64,000 bases of DNA from Candidatus Multivoradales bacterium (GTDB lineage: Bacteria; Acidobacteriota; Thermoanaerobaculia; Multivoradales; JAHEKO01): assembly GCA_965223855.1 (NCBI GenBank), contig CBDCXM010000009.1, forward strand, positions 864,001 to 928,000, read 5' to 3'. Position numbers and translations under genes: made by a program. How positions within the stretch are numbered: the first letter of the stretch is position 1; every line of letters starts with the position of its first letter. Shown here in pieces: positions 37,393 to 45,590 of the stretch. Under the pieces are notes generated by a model. The model was not told the origin of the DNA. It saw only the letters and a program-made list of their open reading frames with translations, and made no database searches.

Positions 37393-37476
37393 GAAGGCCG
37401 ACTCTCCCGGCCATCGCGGGCAGGCTAGAATCGCCCATCGCTTCCTCCACCAGTCGCCGGGCCGCCTAGACCGCCG

Positions 37477-38916
37477 ATGCTGCGCTCGATCGTGATGCTG
37501 ATCCCGATCGCCGTCATGGCGGTGATCGTGTTCTTCGTCTTCACGGAGTCGATGCCGGAGGGCGGCATTCACAGTTGGGACGACTTCCTCCAGGTCGCCT
37601 TCTTCCCTCTGGCGATCGTCGCCATGGGGCTCGTCATGCTGCTCATCCGCTACTGGATGCGGCGGCGGCGCGAGACGGAGGCGGTGGCCGCGCCGATCCA
37701 GGAGGCGATCTCGAGCCGCGAGGCGAGCGGCGGCAAGTGCGGCTGCTGGGCCGGCGCGTGGATGTTCTTCCTGGCCGGCCTCGGCTTCAGCCTGGTCTTC
37801 ATCATTCCGGGGGTGAAGAACCTCCAGGCGCGTTCGTGGGCCGAGACCGACTGCGAGATCCTCAGGAGCTGGGTGCAGTCGCACTCGGGGGACGACGGGG
37901 GAACGACGTACAGCGTCGAGGTCGAGTACCGCTACACCTTCGACGGCGTCGAGTACCAGGGCGACCGGTACCAGTTCATGGGGGGGTCGTCGAGCGGTCA
38001 CAAGGGGAAGCGGAAGGTCGTCGACGCGCTACCCGAAGGGTCGACGACCACCTGCTGGGTCGATCCGGAGGAGCCGAGCGAATCGGTGCTCTATCGGGGG
38101 TGGTCGTGGGTCTATCTGATCGTCCTCTTCCCGATGGTGTTCGTGGTGGCGGGGGCGGTCGGCCTTTGGATCACCTGGAAATCGGGCCCCGACACACGCA
38201 CGGTGTCGCTCGGCGGCGAGTCGGGAGAAAGCAAGAACGGTCTCGAGGCCGTCTTCGCGGCCGACACCGACGGCCTGCCCGAGGTGCCTGCCGGCCCGAT
38301 GGAGCTGGAGGAGTCGGTCAGCCCGCTCGGCAAGCTCGCGATGCTCCTGTTCTTCACCGTGTTCTGGAACGGCATCGTCGGCGTCTTCCTCTTCGCCGGC
38401 TGGCACGAGTGGCAGCAGGGCGGCTCCTTCCCCGGCTGCATGGCGCTGTTCCTCCTGCCGTTCGTCATCATCGGCGTGCTGCTGCTGGTGAGCGTGCCCT
38501 ACCAGATCCTGGCGCTCGCCAATCCGCGGCCGCAGCTGCGGCTCGCCGAGGGCGGGGTGAGAGTCGGTGAGAGCACCAGCCTCGAATGGAGCTTCCGGGG
38601 CGCGGCCCACCGGATCCGTGACTTCCGGCTGGTGCTCGAAGGGAAGGAGTCGGCGACCTACACGATGGGGACCAACCGATCGACCGCCACGCGGGTCTTC
38701 GAGCGGCTCGAAGTGGCGTCGATCGACAGGGGGATGCTCGCCCACCAGGGAAGCGCCCGGATCGAGGTGCCCCAAGGAACGATGCACTCCTTCGACTTCG
38801 GCGACAACGAGATCTCGTGGAAGCTCAAGCTGCACGCGAAGATCCGCTGGTGGCCTGACGTCATTACCGAGTTCCCGTTCGTCGTACGGCCGCCGGAGAG
38901 GGGCTACCGTGGTTGA
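37477..38916 (+). CDS. DUF3592 domain membrane protein with C-terminal beta-sandwich
   Basis: TM, SW..T.C.IL.S, Y.VEVEYRY.FDG.EY.G, WVDPEEPSESVL, FWNGIV. Confidence 0.8.
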   Translation: MLRSIVMLIPIAVMAVIVFFVFTESMPEGGIHSWDDFLQVAFFPLAIVAMGLVMLLIRYWMRRRRETEAVAAPIQEAISSREASGGKCGCWAGAWMFFLAGLGFSLVFIIPGVKNLQARSWAETDCEILRSWVQSHSGDDGGTTYSVEVEYRYTFDGVEYQGDRYQFMGGSSSGHKGKRKVVDALPEGSTTTCWVDPEEPSESVLYRGWSWVYLIVLFPMVFVVAGAVGLWITWKSGPDTRTVSLGGESGESKNGLEAVFAADTDGLPEVPAGPMELEESVSPLGKLAMLLFFTVFWNGIVGVFLFAGWHEWQQGGSFPGCMALFLLPFVIIGVLLLVSVPYQILALANPRPQLRLAEGGVRVGESTSLEWSFRGAAHRIRDFRLVLEGKESATYTMGTNRSTATRVFERLEVASIDRGMLAHQGSARIEVPQGTMHSFDFGDNEISWKLKLHAKIRWWPDVITEFPFVVRPPERGYRG

Positions 38917-39292
38917 GCTCGAGATCAGGCTCGCGGACGGGCGCGCCCGCTACGCGCCGGGCGAAGCGATCCGCGGCACCGCCGAGTGGCGGGCGGCCGG
39001 CGACGTCGACGAGCTCGAGATCCGGCTGATCTGGTTCACCGAGGGCCGGGGAGACCGCGACGTCGCGATCCTCGACGAGGTGAAGATCGACACGCCCTCG
39101 CCGAGCGGCGAGCGCGACTTCGAGTTCGCCGCTCCCGATTCGCCGCTGTCGTTCTCCGGCCAGCTGATCACCCTGCAGTGGGCGGTCGAGCTCGTGGCAC
39201 TGCCGTCGCGCGAGGCGAAGCTCGCGCCGTTCGTCCTGAGCCACGGCGATCGGGAAATCGACATCCAGGCGGAGCCGCCGGAAGAGGCCTGA
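38909..39292 (+). CDS. Small arrestin-N/SpoOM-like beta-sandwich protein
   Basis: GTG 38909 overlaps the upstream stop. YAPGEAIRG, LIWFTEGRG, PLSFSGQLITLQW. Confidence 0.65.
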   Translation: MVELEIRLADGRARYAPGEAIRGTAEWRAAGDVDELEIRLIWFTEGRGDRDVAILDEVKIDTPSPSGERDFEFAAPDSPLSFSGQLITLQWAVELVALPSREAKLAPFVLSHGDREIDIQAEPPEEA

Positions 39293-39294
39293 GC

Positions 39295-39867
39295 TTGCGC
39301 GCCGCCGACAACCCCTATCGCGTCAGCCGCACCGACGCGCTCGAGTACCGCGCTACGGGCTTCTGCTGGTCGGCGCTGCTCGAGCGGCTCGCCGCGAGCG
39401 GCGGTCGTGGAGCGATTCGCGGCCCGCACGGCAGCGGCAAGTCGACCCTGTTGCGGGGGCTCGCTCCGCGCCTGCGCGAGCAGGGAGCCGCCGTCCACCA
39501 CCTGCGGCCCGACCCCGATGACATCGAACGGGCGGAGCGCCAGCTCGCTCGCCTCGAGAGCACGATCGCAGAGGGCGACGCCGTACTGCTCGACGGCGCC
39601 GACCGGCTCCCGGCACGCCGCTGGCGCCGGCTCCAGGCGGCCGCCGCGCCGGCGGCGTGGCTGGTGGTGACGACCCACCGCCGCGGCCGGCTGCCGACAC
39701 TCCACCGCTGCCGACCGACGGTCGAGCTCCTCGCCGGGCTGCTGACGGAGCTCGACGCCGAAGCCGCCCACGACGCTCGCGGGCTCTTCCGCCGGCACGG
39801 CGGCGACCTGCGGGCGGCGCTCAGGGAGTGCTTCGACGCCGCGGCCCGCAGTTCGGCGGCTCGCTAG
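39295..39867 (+). CDS. Small P-loop (AAA-like) ATPase
   Basis: TTG 39295, NPY, Walker A GPHGSGKST, Walker B VLLDG. Confidence 0.72.
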   Translation: MRAADNPYRVSRTDALEYRATGFCWSALLERLAASGGRGAIRGPHGSGKSTLLRGLAPRLREQGAAVHHLRPDPDDIERAERQLARLESTIAEGDAVLLDGADRLPARRWRRLQAAAAPAAWLVVTTHRRGRLPTLHRCRPTVELLAGLLTELDAEAAHDARGLFRRHGGDLRAALRECFDAAARSSAAR

Positions 39868-39989
39868 GGCTCACAAACAGCGCCCGACGCTGCCCGGTTC
39901 GACCCTATTGAACAGGCCATAAGCAAGCGGCTGCGGGCCTGCTACGTTGCCGGCATCGAGAGAATGTCGGTTCCGGAGGTCGAGGCGGC

Positions 39990-42245
39990 ATGACGGGCAG
40001 ATGGATCGGAGGACGTGCACGAGGGCGGTCGGTCGGGCTTGTGGCTGTCGTGACGCTCGGCCTGCTGATCGCGGCCCCGGTCGGTGCAGGGGTCGACCTT
40101 CCTCACCCGGTGCTGTTCGTCACCCAGATGCCGATCCCGGCGGACTTCGCCACCATCGGCTCGGTGTTCGCCAACCACCGCGCCGACTTGCAATCGGTCG
40201 GGCGCGGCGGTGATCTCTACATCCGCTACGAGGACGGTGCGCTTCGCAACCTGACCGCCGAAGCGGGCTACGGCGAGAGCGGTTTCCAGGGTGCCAACGC
40301 GATCGCGGTGCGCGACCCGACGGTGCACTGGAGCGGCACGCGGGCGGTGTTCTCGATGGTGATCGGCGCCCCCGAGGAGCAGTTCGACTACGAGACCTAC
40401 TACTGGCAGCTCTACGAGGTCAGTGGCTTCGGGGTCGGCGAGACGGTGTCGATCAGCCGGGTCCCGAACCAGCCGGCGGCGAACAACAACATCTATCCGT
40501 TCTACGCCGAGGACGGAAGGATCCTCTTCGTCTCCGACCGGGCGCGTGACGGCTCGGGCCATCTCTATCCCAATCTCGACGAGTACGAATCGACGCCGAC
40601 CAACAGTGGGTTGTGGAGCCTCGACCCGGCGAGCGGCGAGTTGCGGCTCCTCGACCACGCGCCCTCGGGCGACTTCGACCCGTTCGTCGACAGCTTCGGC
40701 CGCATCCTCTTCACCCGCTGGGATCACCTGCAGCGCGACCAGCAGGCCGACGCCGACGCCGTCGGCGGGGGGAGCTACGGCACCTTCAACTGGTCGGGCG
40801 AAGGGCCGGGGGCGGTACCGCTCGACACGAGGGAGGAGGTCTTCCCCGAGCCGCGCCCTCAGCGCACCGACCTGCTCGACGGCACCAATCTCGAAGGGCA
40901 TCGCTTCAACCACTTCCTGCCGTGGCAGTTGGAGCTCGACGGCACCGGGCTCGAGATCCTCAACCACCTCGGGCGCCACGAGCTGCACTCCTACTTCAAC
41001 CGCTCGATCAACGACGACGGCAACGTCGTCGAGTTCATCGCCTCCGCCTCGGGCCGCACCAACCCGAACTCGATCGGCAACCTGCTGCAGCTCGCCGAGG
41101 ACCCGACGAGCGCGGGGCGCTACTTCGGCACCGACGCGCCGGAGTTCCAGACCCACGCCTCGGGGATGATCGTCTCCCTCGACGCGCCGCCGACGCTGCG
41201 CCCTGACCTGACGACGGTCACCTACGTCACCCATCCCGACACCGCGACCGTGGTGCCGGACGGCGACCCGGTGCCGCCGACCCACTCGGGCCACTACCGC
41301 GAGCCGATCGCACTCGACGACGGCACCCTGATCGCGGTCCACACGCCGGAGGCGCGCCGCGCCGCCAACGAAGGGTCGCGCCCCTTCCCGGTGCCGCGCT
41401 ACGACTTCCGGCTCAAGGTCGTCGATCGCTCCGGCACCTACGGGACGGCGGCGGCACCCCTGACCGGCGGGATCACGAAGACCCTCTCGTACTGGGACCC
41501 CGACGTTCTGGTGCAGTACTCGGGTGAGCTGTGGGAGCTCAACCCGGTCGAGGTGCGGCCGCGCACGGTGCCGCCCAGCCCGAGCTTCGAGCTGCCCGCA
41601 CCCGAGCAGGCGATCTTCGACCAGGAGGGGGTCGACGTTGCCTCCTTCCGCACCGGCATGGCGGCCGATGGGCTGGCGCTGGTAGTGGTGCGCAACGCGA
41701 CGACCCGTGACGCTCTCGACCGCCAGCAGCCGTTCAACCTGCGGGTGCCGGGTGGGGAGGAGACGCTCGGCGCCGCCGGCACGGTGTACGACGTCGCTCA
41801 CCTGCAGTTCTTCCAGGGCGATCTCATCCGCGGCATGGGCGGTATCGCCAGCCCCGATCCGGGACGTCGAGTGCTGGCACAGCCGATGCACGGGGTCGAC
41901 GCCAATCCGCCCAACCCGACCGGTCCCGAGGGCAGCGTCGCGGTGGCGCTCGACGGCTCGATCGCCGCGCTGGTGCCCGCCGAGCGGGCGCTCGCCTGGC
42001 AGCTCACCGATTCCTCCGGGGTGCCGGTGGTGCGGGAGCGCAACTGGCTGACCTTCCAGGCGGGCGAGATCCGCGTCTGCGACGGCTGCCACGGCGTCAA
42101 CGACGTCAATCAGGCCGGCGAGCCGCCGGCGTCGAACTCGCCGGAGGCGCTGCGCTCGCTGCTTCAGCAGGTGTCATTCGACACGATCTTCGCCGACGGC
42201 TTCGAGAGCGGCGACACCTCGGCGTGGCCGACGACCCGCCCCTGA
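39990..42245 (+). CDS. Secreted hydrazine synthase alpha-subunit-like propeller protein with one CxxCH and IFADGFESGD tail
   Basis: Signal peptide, TolB-like repeats (DGRILFVSDR, GRILFTRWDH), DGSIAALVPA.R...WQL, WLTFQAGE.RVCDGCH. Confidence 0.78.
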   Translation: MTGRWIGGRARGRSVGLVAVVTLGLLIAAPVGAGVDLPHPVLFVTQMPIPADFATIGSVFANHRADLQSVGRGGDLYIRYEDGALRNLTAEAGYGESGFQGANAIAVRDPTVHWSGTRAVFSMVIGAPEEQFDYETYYWQLYEVSGFGVGETVSISRVPNQPAANNNIYPFYAEDGRILFVSDRARDGSGHLYPNLDEYESTPTNSGLWSLDPASGELRLLDHAPSGDFDPFVDSFGRILFTRWDHLQRDQQADADAVGGGSYGTFNWSGEGPGAVPLDTREEVFPEPRPQRTDLLDGTNLEGHRFNHFLPWQLELDGTGLEILNHLGRHELHSYFNRSINDDGNVVEFIASASGRTNPNSIGNLLQLAEDPTSAGRYFGTDAPEFQTHASGMIVSLDAPPTLRPDLTTVTYVTHPDTATVVPDGDPVPPTHSGHYREPIALDDGTLIAVHTPEARRAANEGSRPFPVPRYDFRLKVVDRSGTYGTAAAPLTGGITKTLSYWDPDVLVQYSGELWELNPVEVRPRTVPPSPSFELPAPEQAIFDQEGVDVASFRTGMAADGLALVVVRNATTRDALDRQQPFNLRVPGGEETLGAAGTVYDVAHLQFFQGDLIRGMGGIASPDPGRRVLAQPMHGVDANPPNPTGPEGSVAVALDGSIAALVPAERALAWQLTDSSGVPVVRERNWLTFQAGEIRVCDGCHGVNDVNQAGEPPASNSPEALRSLLQQVSFDTIFADGFESGDTSAWPTTRP

Positions 42246-42253
42246 CGGGTCAC

Positions 42254-42910
42254 TCAGCGCGGTGAGCCAGCCCGCGTAGCCAGCCCAGCGAGCCAGCCGA
42301 CGAGCACCTCGGGCGCCGGGGCGGTGCGCGCAGCGGCCCAGGAGCCAGCGGCCGACTCGAGCTCGGCGGCCTGGCGCGGGCGGAGTTCGACCAGCGCGGC
42401 GTGCGCGGCGAGCGTCTCGTCGTAGCGTCCAAGATCGAGCAGCGTCAGCGTCCACGGGCCGATCAGCCCGTGGTCTTCGGGGGTCTGCTCGAGGGCGGTG
42501 CTCAGGACCGTGAGAGCCTCGTCCAGGCGACCCAGTCCCCGTAGCGCCACTCCACGCCCGGCGAGCGCCTCGTGCAGTTCGGGGGCGAGGGTCCAGGCGC
42601 GCTCGTAGGCGGCGAGGGAGCGTTCCCAGGCGGCGAGCCGCTTGCGCTCGATCCGCTCGCGGCGCTTCGCCGCGGTGACGCGGCTGTCGAGCTTCTCGGC
42701 CAGTGCCCGGTCGCGGCGCGCGGTGGCGAGGTGCTCGTTCGCCTCTTCGAGCGGCGAGGTTTCGATCGGCTCGAGGCGCCCGAAGCTCGGCGTCCGCTGC
42801 TGCGCCGGCCCGCGGGTCACCTGCGACTCGGCACTGGTCGCCGCCAGAACGATGGCCAGGACCGCACTCGTAACTAGGGTCGTTCGTCTCAACTCGGGGC
42901 GTTGCGCCAC
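42254..42910 (-). CDS. Secreted TPR protein
   Basis: Signal peptide. TPR repeats AYERAWTLAP, GVALRGLGRLDEAL, LGRYDE. Confidence 0.7.
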   Translation of the reverse strand: MAQRPELRRTTLVTSAVLAIVLAATSAESQVTRGPAQQRTPSFGRLEPIETSPLEEANEHLATARRDRALAEKLDSRVTAAKRRERIERKRLAAWERSLAAYERAWTLAPELHEALAGRGVALRGLGRLDEALTVLSTALEQTPEDHGLIGPWTLTLLDLGRYDETLAAHAALVELRPRQAAELESAAGSWAAARTAPAPEVLVGWLAGLATRAGSPR

Positions 42911-42915
42911 CCGGC

Positions 42916-42961
42916 CAGATTAGCAGGGGGCACACTAGCAGGGGGCCAGACTGGCAGGGGG
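42916..42961. repeat. Three imperfect 15-16 bp direct repeats in a divergent promoter region
   Basis: cagattagcaggggg / cacactagcaggggg / ccagactggcaggggg. Confidence 0.7.
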
Positions 42962-42988
42962 TACCGCTGCCACCGCTATCATCGGCCG

Positions 42989-44512
42989 ATGAAGGATCCG
43001 CAGTCGCGTCCGGTCCGCTGGTGGCCTCTGGTCACGATCCTCGTCCTGTGGGCGATCGCGCTCGCCCTGACCTGGTGGACCGGCGATGCCACCGGACAGG
43101 AGCGGGTGACCAAGACCCTCGCCGCCACGCTGCTGGCGATCCTGCTCGGCGTGCTGTGGCTGCTGGCGCTCAGTCGCCTGCCGTGGCGGCGCCGGCTACT
43201 GACCTTCCTGGGTGTTGCCGCCGGCCTGTTCGTGCTGTCGCAGGGGCTCGAGTTCCGCGGGGTGAGCGGCGACCTGATGCCGATCCTCGAGTGGCGCTGG
43301 GGCGGCGGTGGCGTGGCACGCGGCGGCGATGAGGCGCTGGACGGGCAGCTCACCGACTACCCGCAGTTCCTCGGGCCGGGGCGCAACGCCACCGTGCCGG
43401 GGCCGTCGCTGTCGCGCAGCTGGGAAGTGCCGCCACGCGAGTTGTGGCGACGCCCGGTCGGCGAGGGGTGGTCGGCGTTCGCGATTGCCGGCGGCGTCGC
43501 CGTCACTCAGGAGCAACGCGAGAACGACGAGATCGTCTCGGCGTGGGAGCTCGAGAGCGGAGAACGGCTGTGGGAGCACGCGGACCCCGGGCGCTACGCG
43601 ACGGGCATCGGCGGTGTCGGGCCGCGCGCGACGCCGACGATCTTCGACGGGGTCGTCTATACGGTGGGAGCGACCGGTCGCGTCAACGCTCTCACCCTGG
43701 CGGAGGGACGGCTTCTGTGGACCGTCGATCTCGAAGCCGAGTACGGCAGGGCGACCCCGGAGTGGGGGCGCAGCGGGTCGCCCCTGGTCTACGACGACCT
43801 GGTGGTGGTCGCCGCCGGAGGCCGAGGGGGCACGATGGCCGCGTTCGACCGGGCGACCGGAGAGCCGCGTTGGAAGGGCGGCAGCGGAGGCGTGAGCTAC
43901 TCGTCTCCGCAACTGCTCGAGCTCGCCGGCCGCCGTCAGGTCGTGACCTTCAACCGCACCGCCGTGATCGGTCAGGATCCCCTCACCGGCGCCGAGTTGT
44001 GGTCGTTCCCGTGGCCGGTGACGCAGCCCAACGTCGCCATGCCGGTACCGGTCGGCACCGATCGCTTGCTCGTGTCGTCCGGCTACGGTACCGGCAGCAA
44101 GTTGCTGCGCCTCAGCCCCGCGGGATCGCAGTTCGAGGTCGCGGCGCTGTGGGAAAGCCCGCGCCTCAAAGCGAAGTTCACCAACGTCGTCCTTCACGCC
44201 GGCTCGATCTACGGGCTCGATGACGGTGTGCTGGTGTGTCTCGACCCCGAGACGGGGGAGCGTCGATGGAAGCGCGGCCGCTACGGCCACGGCCAGATGA
44301 TCCTCGTCGGCAACCTGCTGCTGGTGACTACGGAGAAGGGGGAGGTGGTGCTCGTGGAGCCGAATCCGGAGGAGCTGCGGGAACTCGGTCGCTTCACCGC
44401 CTTCGACGGCAAGACCTGGAATCCGCCCGCTCTCGCGGGGCGCTATCTGCTGGTTCGCAGCCACGAGGAGGCGGCCCTCTACGAGTTGCCGCTCGCCGAC
44501 GAGGGAGCCTGA
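42989..44512 (+). CDS. Membrane-anchored PQQ-like beta-propeller protein
   Basis: Three N-terminal TMs, YPQFLGPGR, GPRATP, YSSP, TWNPPAL. TATCAT lies 6 nt before ATG 42989. Confidence 0.87.
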   Translation: MKDPQSRPVRWWPLVTILVLWAIALALTWWTGDATGQERVTKTLAATLLAILLGVLWLLALSRLPWRRRLLTFLGVAAGLFVLSQGLEFRGVSGDLMPILEWRWGGGGVARGGDEALDGQLTDYPQFLGPGRNATVPGPSLSRSWEVPPRELWRRPVGEGWSAFAIAGGVAVTQEQRENDEIVSAWELESGERLWEHADPGRYATGIGGVGPRATPTIFDGVVYTVGATGRVNALTLAEGRLLWTVDLEAEYGRATPEWGRSGSPLVYDDLVVVAAGGRGGTMAAFDRATGEPRWKGGSGGVSYSSPQLLELAGRRQVVTFNRTAVIGQDPLTGAELWSFPWPVTQPNVAMPVPVGTDRLLVSSGYGTGSKLLRLSPAGSQFEVAALWESPRLKAKFTNVVLHAGSIYGLDDGVLVCLDPETGERRWKRGRYGHGQMILVGNLLLVTTEKGEVVLVEPNPEELRELGRFTAFDGKTWNPPALAGRYLLVRSHEEAALYELPLADEGA

Positions 44513-44567
44513 CTCGGGACCTCGCCGCGTGAGCAACCCGCTCCGTGGCGACCTGTAGACTCTCCGC

Positions 44568-45590
44568 ATGTTGAGCCTGAGCCGCTTTCGTCCCTTCAGC
44601 TTCGTCCTCATCGCCCTGCTCGCCGCCGGATGTGGTGGTGGCGGAGACTCCACGACCGCAGACGGCGAGGGCGCACCGGCGTCGCCCGAACGCAGGTTCC
44701 TGAGCCTCGGCACCGCCCCTCCGGGTGGCGCCTTCTTCGTCGTCGGCGGGGCGCTCGCGGAAGTGCTCAACGAAGCCGAAGGCACCGGCTGGCAGGTGAC
44801 GGCGGAGGCGACCAAGGGGACGCAGGAGAACCTGCGACGGCTCGCCTCGGGCGAGCTCGACTTCGCCCTCGCCAACGCGGCGATCAGCTATTTCGCGGTG
44901 CGCGGCGAGGAAGGGTGGGAGCAGCCGTACGACGTACGCGCGGTGATGACGCTCGCCCCCAACGTCGCGTTCTTCGTCTCGCCGCGCGATGCCGGGCTGA
45001 CCTCGGTCGCCGATCTCGCCGGCGAGCGGGTGGTCGTCGGGCCCGCAGGGGCGGGCTTCGAATTCTTCCTGCGGCCGATCCTCGGCGCCCACGGCGTCAC
45101 CTACGACGACTTCACGGCGCTCAACGGCACCCAGTCCGGGTCGGTCGATCTGCTGGCCGACGGCTCGGCGGCGGCGGCGATCCTCGGCGGCGCCGTGCCG
45201 ACGGCGTCGATCACTCAGGCGGCGAGCGGTCAGGACGTCGTCTTCCTGGAGTTCGACCCGGCGGCGCGCGCCTCACTCGTCGAGCAGTATCCGTTCTTCG
45301 CCCCGGTGACGGTTCCCGGGGGGACCTACCCGGGCCGCGACGACGATTTCGCCGGTCTCAACGTCGGCTCGATGCATCTCGTCACCGGCGCGGGGGTCGA
45401 CGAGGAGCTGGTCTACCAGGTGACGAAGTGGCTCTACGAGAACCGGGCACGGGTGGTCGAACGACACCCGGCCGGCCGCGCGATCAACGAGGCGAACGCC
45501 CCTCGCGACGTCGGCACCCCGTTCCATCCCGGGGCCGAGCGCTACTACCGCGAGGCCGGCCTGTGGCCCACGGCTGACAGCGGCGAATGA
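44568..45590 (+). CDS. TAXI family TRAP transporter solute-binding lipoprotein
   Basis: Lipobox LAAGC, LGTAPPGGAFF, ATKGTQENL, PFHPGAERYY. Confidence 0.92.
   Translation: MLSLSRFRPFSFVLIALLAAGCGGGGDSTTADGEGAPASPERRFLSLGTAPPGGAFFVVGGALAEVLNEAEGTGWQVTAEATKGTQENLRRLASGELDFALANAAISYFAVRGEEGWEQPYDVRAVMTLAPNVAFFVSPRDAGLTSVADLAGERVVVGPAGAGFEFFLRPILGAHGVTYDDFTALNGTQSGSVDLLADGSAAAAILGGAVPTASITQAASGQDVVFLEFDPAARASLVEQYPFFAPVTVPGGTYPGRDDDFAGLNVGSMHLVTGAGVDEELVYQVTKWLYENRARVVERHPAGRAINEANAPRDVGTPFHPGAERYYREAGLWPTADSGE

Noticed and set aside
39990-42245. Evidence for anammox metabolism
   Set aside because: Only an HZS-alpha-like domain is present. No hzsB/hzsC or hydrazine dehydrogenase lies nearby.
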